Shown one piece after another: positions 50,450 through 51,588 of a stretch of DNA of 51,588 bases. The notes below the pieces were generated by a model. It had not been told where the DNA came from, searched no databases, and saw nothing but the letters and a program-made list of their open reading frames with translations. The stretch's first letter is position 1. Each line of letters begins with the position of its first letter. Source of the DNA: Chiloscyllium plagiosum (taxonomy: Eukaryota); assembly GCF_004010195.1 (NCBI RefSeq), contig NC_057752.1:12288253-12339840 (forward strand), read 5' to 3'. A program made the position numbers and the translations under genes.

Positions 50450-50600
50450 CTGAAACCATTGTTGTATAGCAAGTAAGCTGCAAGTACTAAAGATGGACTG
50501 ATCTCTGAAGGGTTAGTTTAGATTTAAACAGACTGCTCTATCATGCTCTTGACATAGTCAGGGCGGTTAAGATTTTAACAACTCCGTTGCTCAAACACTC
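50450..50600 (-). ncRNA. Candidate exon 2 of the minus-strand transcript
   Basis: Branch-point-like CCTAAC about 20-25 nt upstream of acceptor catttcaatttag|GAG (50601/50600). Donor CAG|GTAACT (50450/50449). Stops in all frames. Confidence 0.4.
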
Positions 50601-50739
50601 CTAAATTGAAATGTTTCCTAACGTTAGGGGTGCTGACAAGGTCTTCATTTGTTGACATTTGGCTCCGAGACAAATCCAAACTAAACTGACATTTTAGGTG
50701 GGCAGGTAAGAATTTAGAAAAATAAAAAAAATAAAAAAT

Positions 50740-51588
50740 TGGATTGTCAAAACGTGACAAATATGAAGCAAAAGTAAATATTCAAAACGAGTATAAGAAC
50801 TTTGAGTTCACTTCACGGGCACGAAATGGATCTCACCCAACAGTTAACTTTGTGGCACTTCTCAAACTCCAAAACGAGTACTCATTCCTCACCCACTAGA
50901 CACCCACTTTGGTACTCCACCCCCACAAGATGGTCCTGGGGCATTAACCCTATCACTACCGCGGGCAGGCCTCGTCCATATGACCTTGCTCTCTTGGCGC
51001 ACCCGTTGCTAAAACAATCAGTGCTCTCGTTGCTCCGATCACCGTCACTGTCCGCTCATCACCACCTCGCTTACACAGCTCAGCCTATCATGAAAAGGAG
51101 CCATGATTCCGAATCCACTTACCACCTAAACAGGTAGCACCGTCTCCCTTCAGAAACCCGCTGTCCAACCCTTACCCCCCGAAGAAACATTCACTCAAAG
51201 TCGCTCCCACTCGATCGCTTTTCACTGACTGGACTTCGGCGCTGAACCCACCCACTTCACATACCATTGGTCAATCCTGTTGAGAAACGTTCAATACGAA
51301 CAAGGTATATTAGGACTCTCGTCAGCCATTAGGCAATAATTCTGTCAATCAGAAAGGCGAGCGGCGGTAGGCTACATGATCTCGTGGAAAGGGGTGTGTT
51401 CGTGCGTCACGAGGAAGGAGCAGCCAGAAAAAGTAAACAGTTCAAATTGGAGACTTTCCAGCCTTAAAGGTTTCGTTACACTAAATATTTACATCGTTTA
51501 ATTGAAGCTTTCTTTCACAAATGTACATAGAAGGAGGGGGCTCGTGAATGAGGGGAAGACGGATTGGAGAAGGAGAAGACTGAGGAAT
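50740..51588. promoter_or_regulatory. CpG-rich, repeat-free promoter-like region, possibly bidirectional
   Basis: Sharp rise in CpG relative to the rest of the window. ATTGG/CCAAT at 51266-51270, CCAAT-like variants at ~51325 and ~51345, CRE-like TGCGTCAC at 51403-51410. Confidence 0.65.
51176..51260 (-). ncRNA. Candidate first exon of the minus-strand transcript (TSS approximate)
   Basis: Donor GG|GTAAGG at 51176/51175 within the CpG-rich region, just downstream (on minus) of a CCAAT box. Confidence 0.35.

Noticed and set aside
50505..50520. CTAACCCT on minus, resembling a telomerase RNA template
   Set aside because: No pseudoknot (CR2/CR3), CR4/5 or H/ACA domain follows.
50783..50880. 11-bp direct repeat caaaacgagta
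   Set aside because: The intervening sequence resembles no element and there are only two copies.

Overview
Vertebrate, CpG-depleted, repeat-saturated genomic DNA. It is almost certainly from a cartilaginous fish, because it carries HE1-like tRNA-derived SINEs and CR1/HER1-like LINEs. I find no intact protein-coding gene: the ORF-track entries are retroelement debris or chance ORFs. Main contents: many nested CR1-clade LINE remnants, one near full-length decayed L1/Tx1-clade element (~3065-9215), about 7 HE1-like SINEs, RTE and Harbinger-like remnants, and more than a dozen Penelope-like element (PLE) fragments. The PLE terminal repeats carry a minimal hammerhead-ribozyme motif. Two copies have an intact core (48483-48510, 48971-48998) and several are bounded by clear target-site duplications (TSDs). 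The right end (~50740-51588) is a CpG-rich, promoter-like region. It may drive a minus-strand spliced non-coding transcript (candidate exons 51176-~51260, 50450-50600, 42260-42395/42417, and one starting at 13820), and one candidate exon folds into a four-way junction. A ~125-bp, ~71% GC, CpG-dense segment at ~14005-14132 is compositionally foreign and unexplained. Repeat family names come from motif recognition, not database searches, and most boundaries are approximate.
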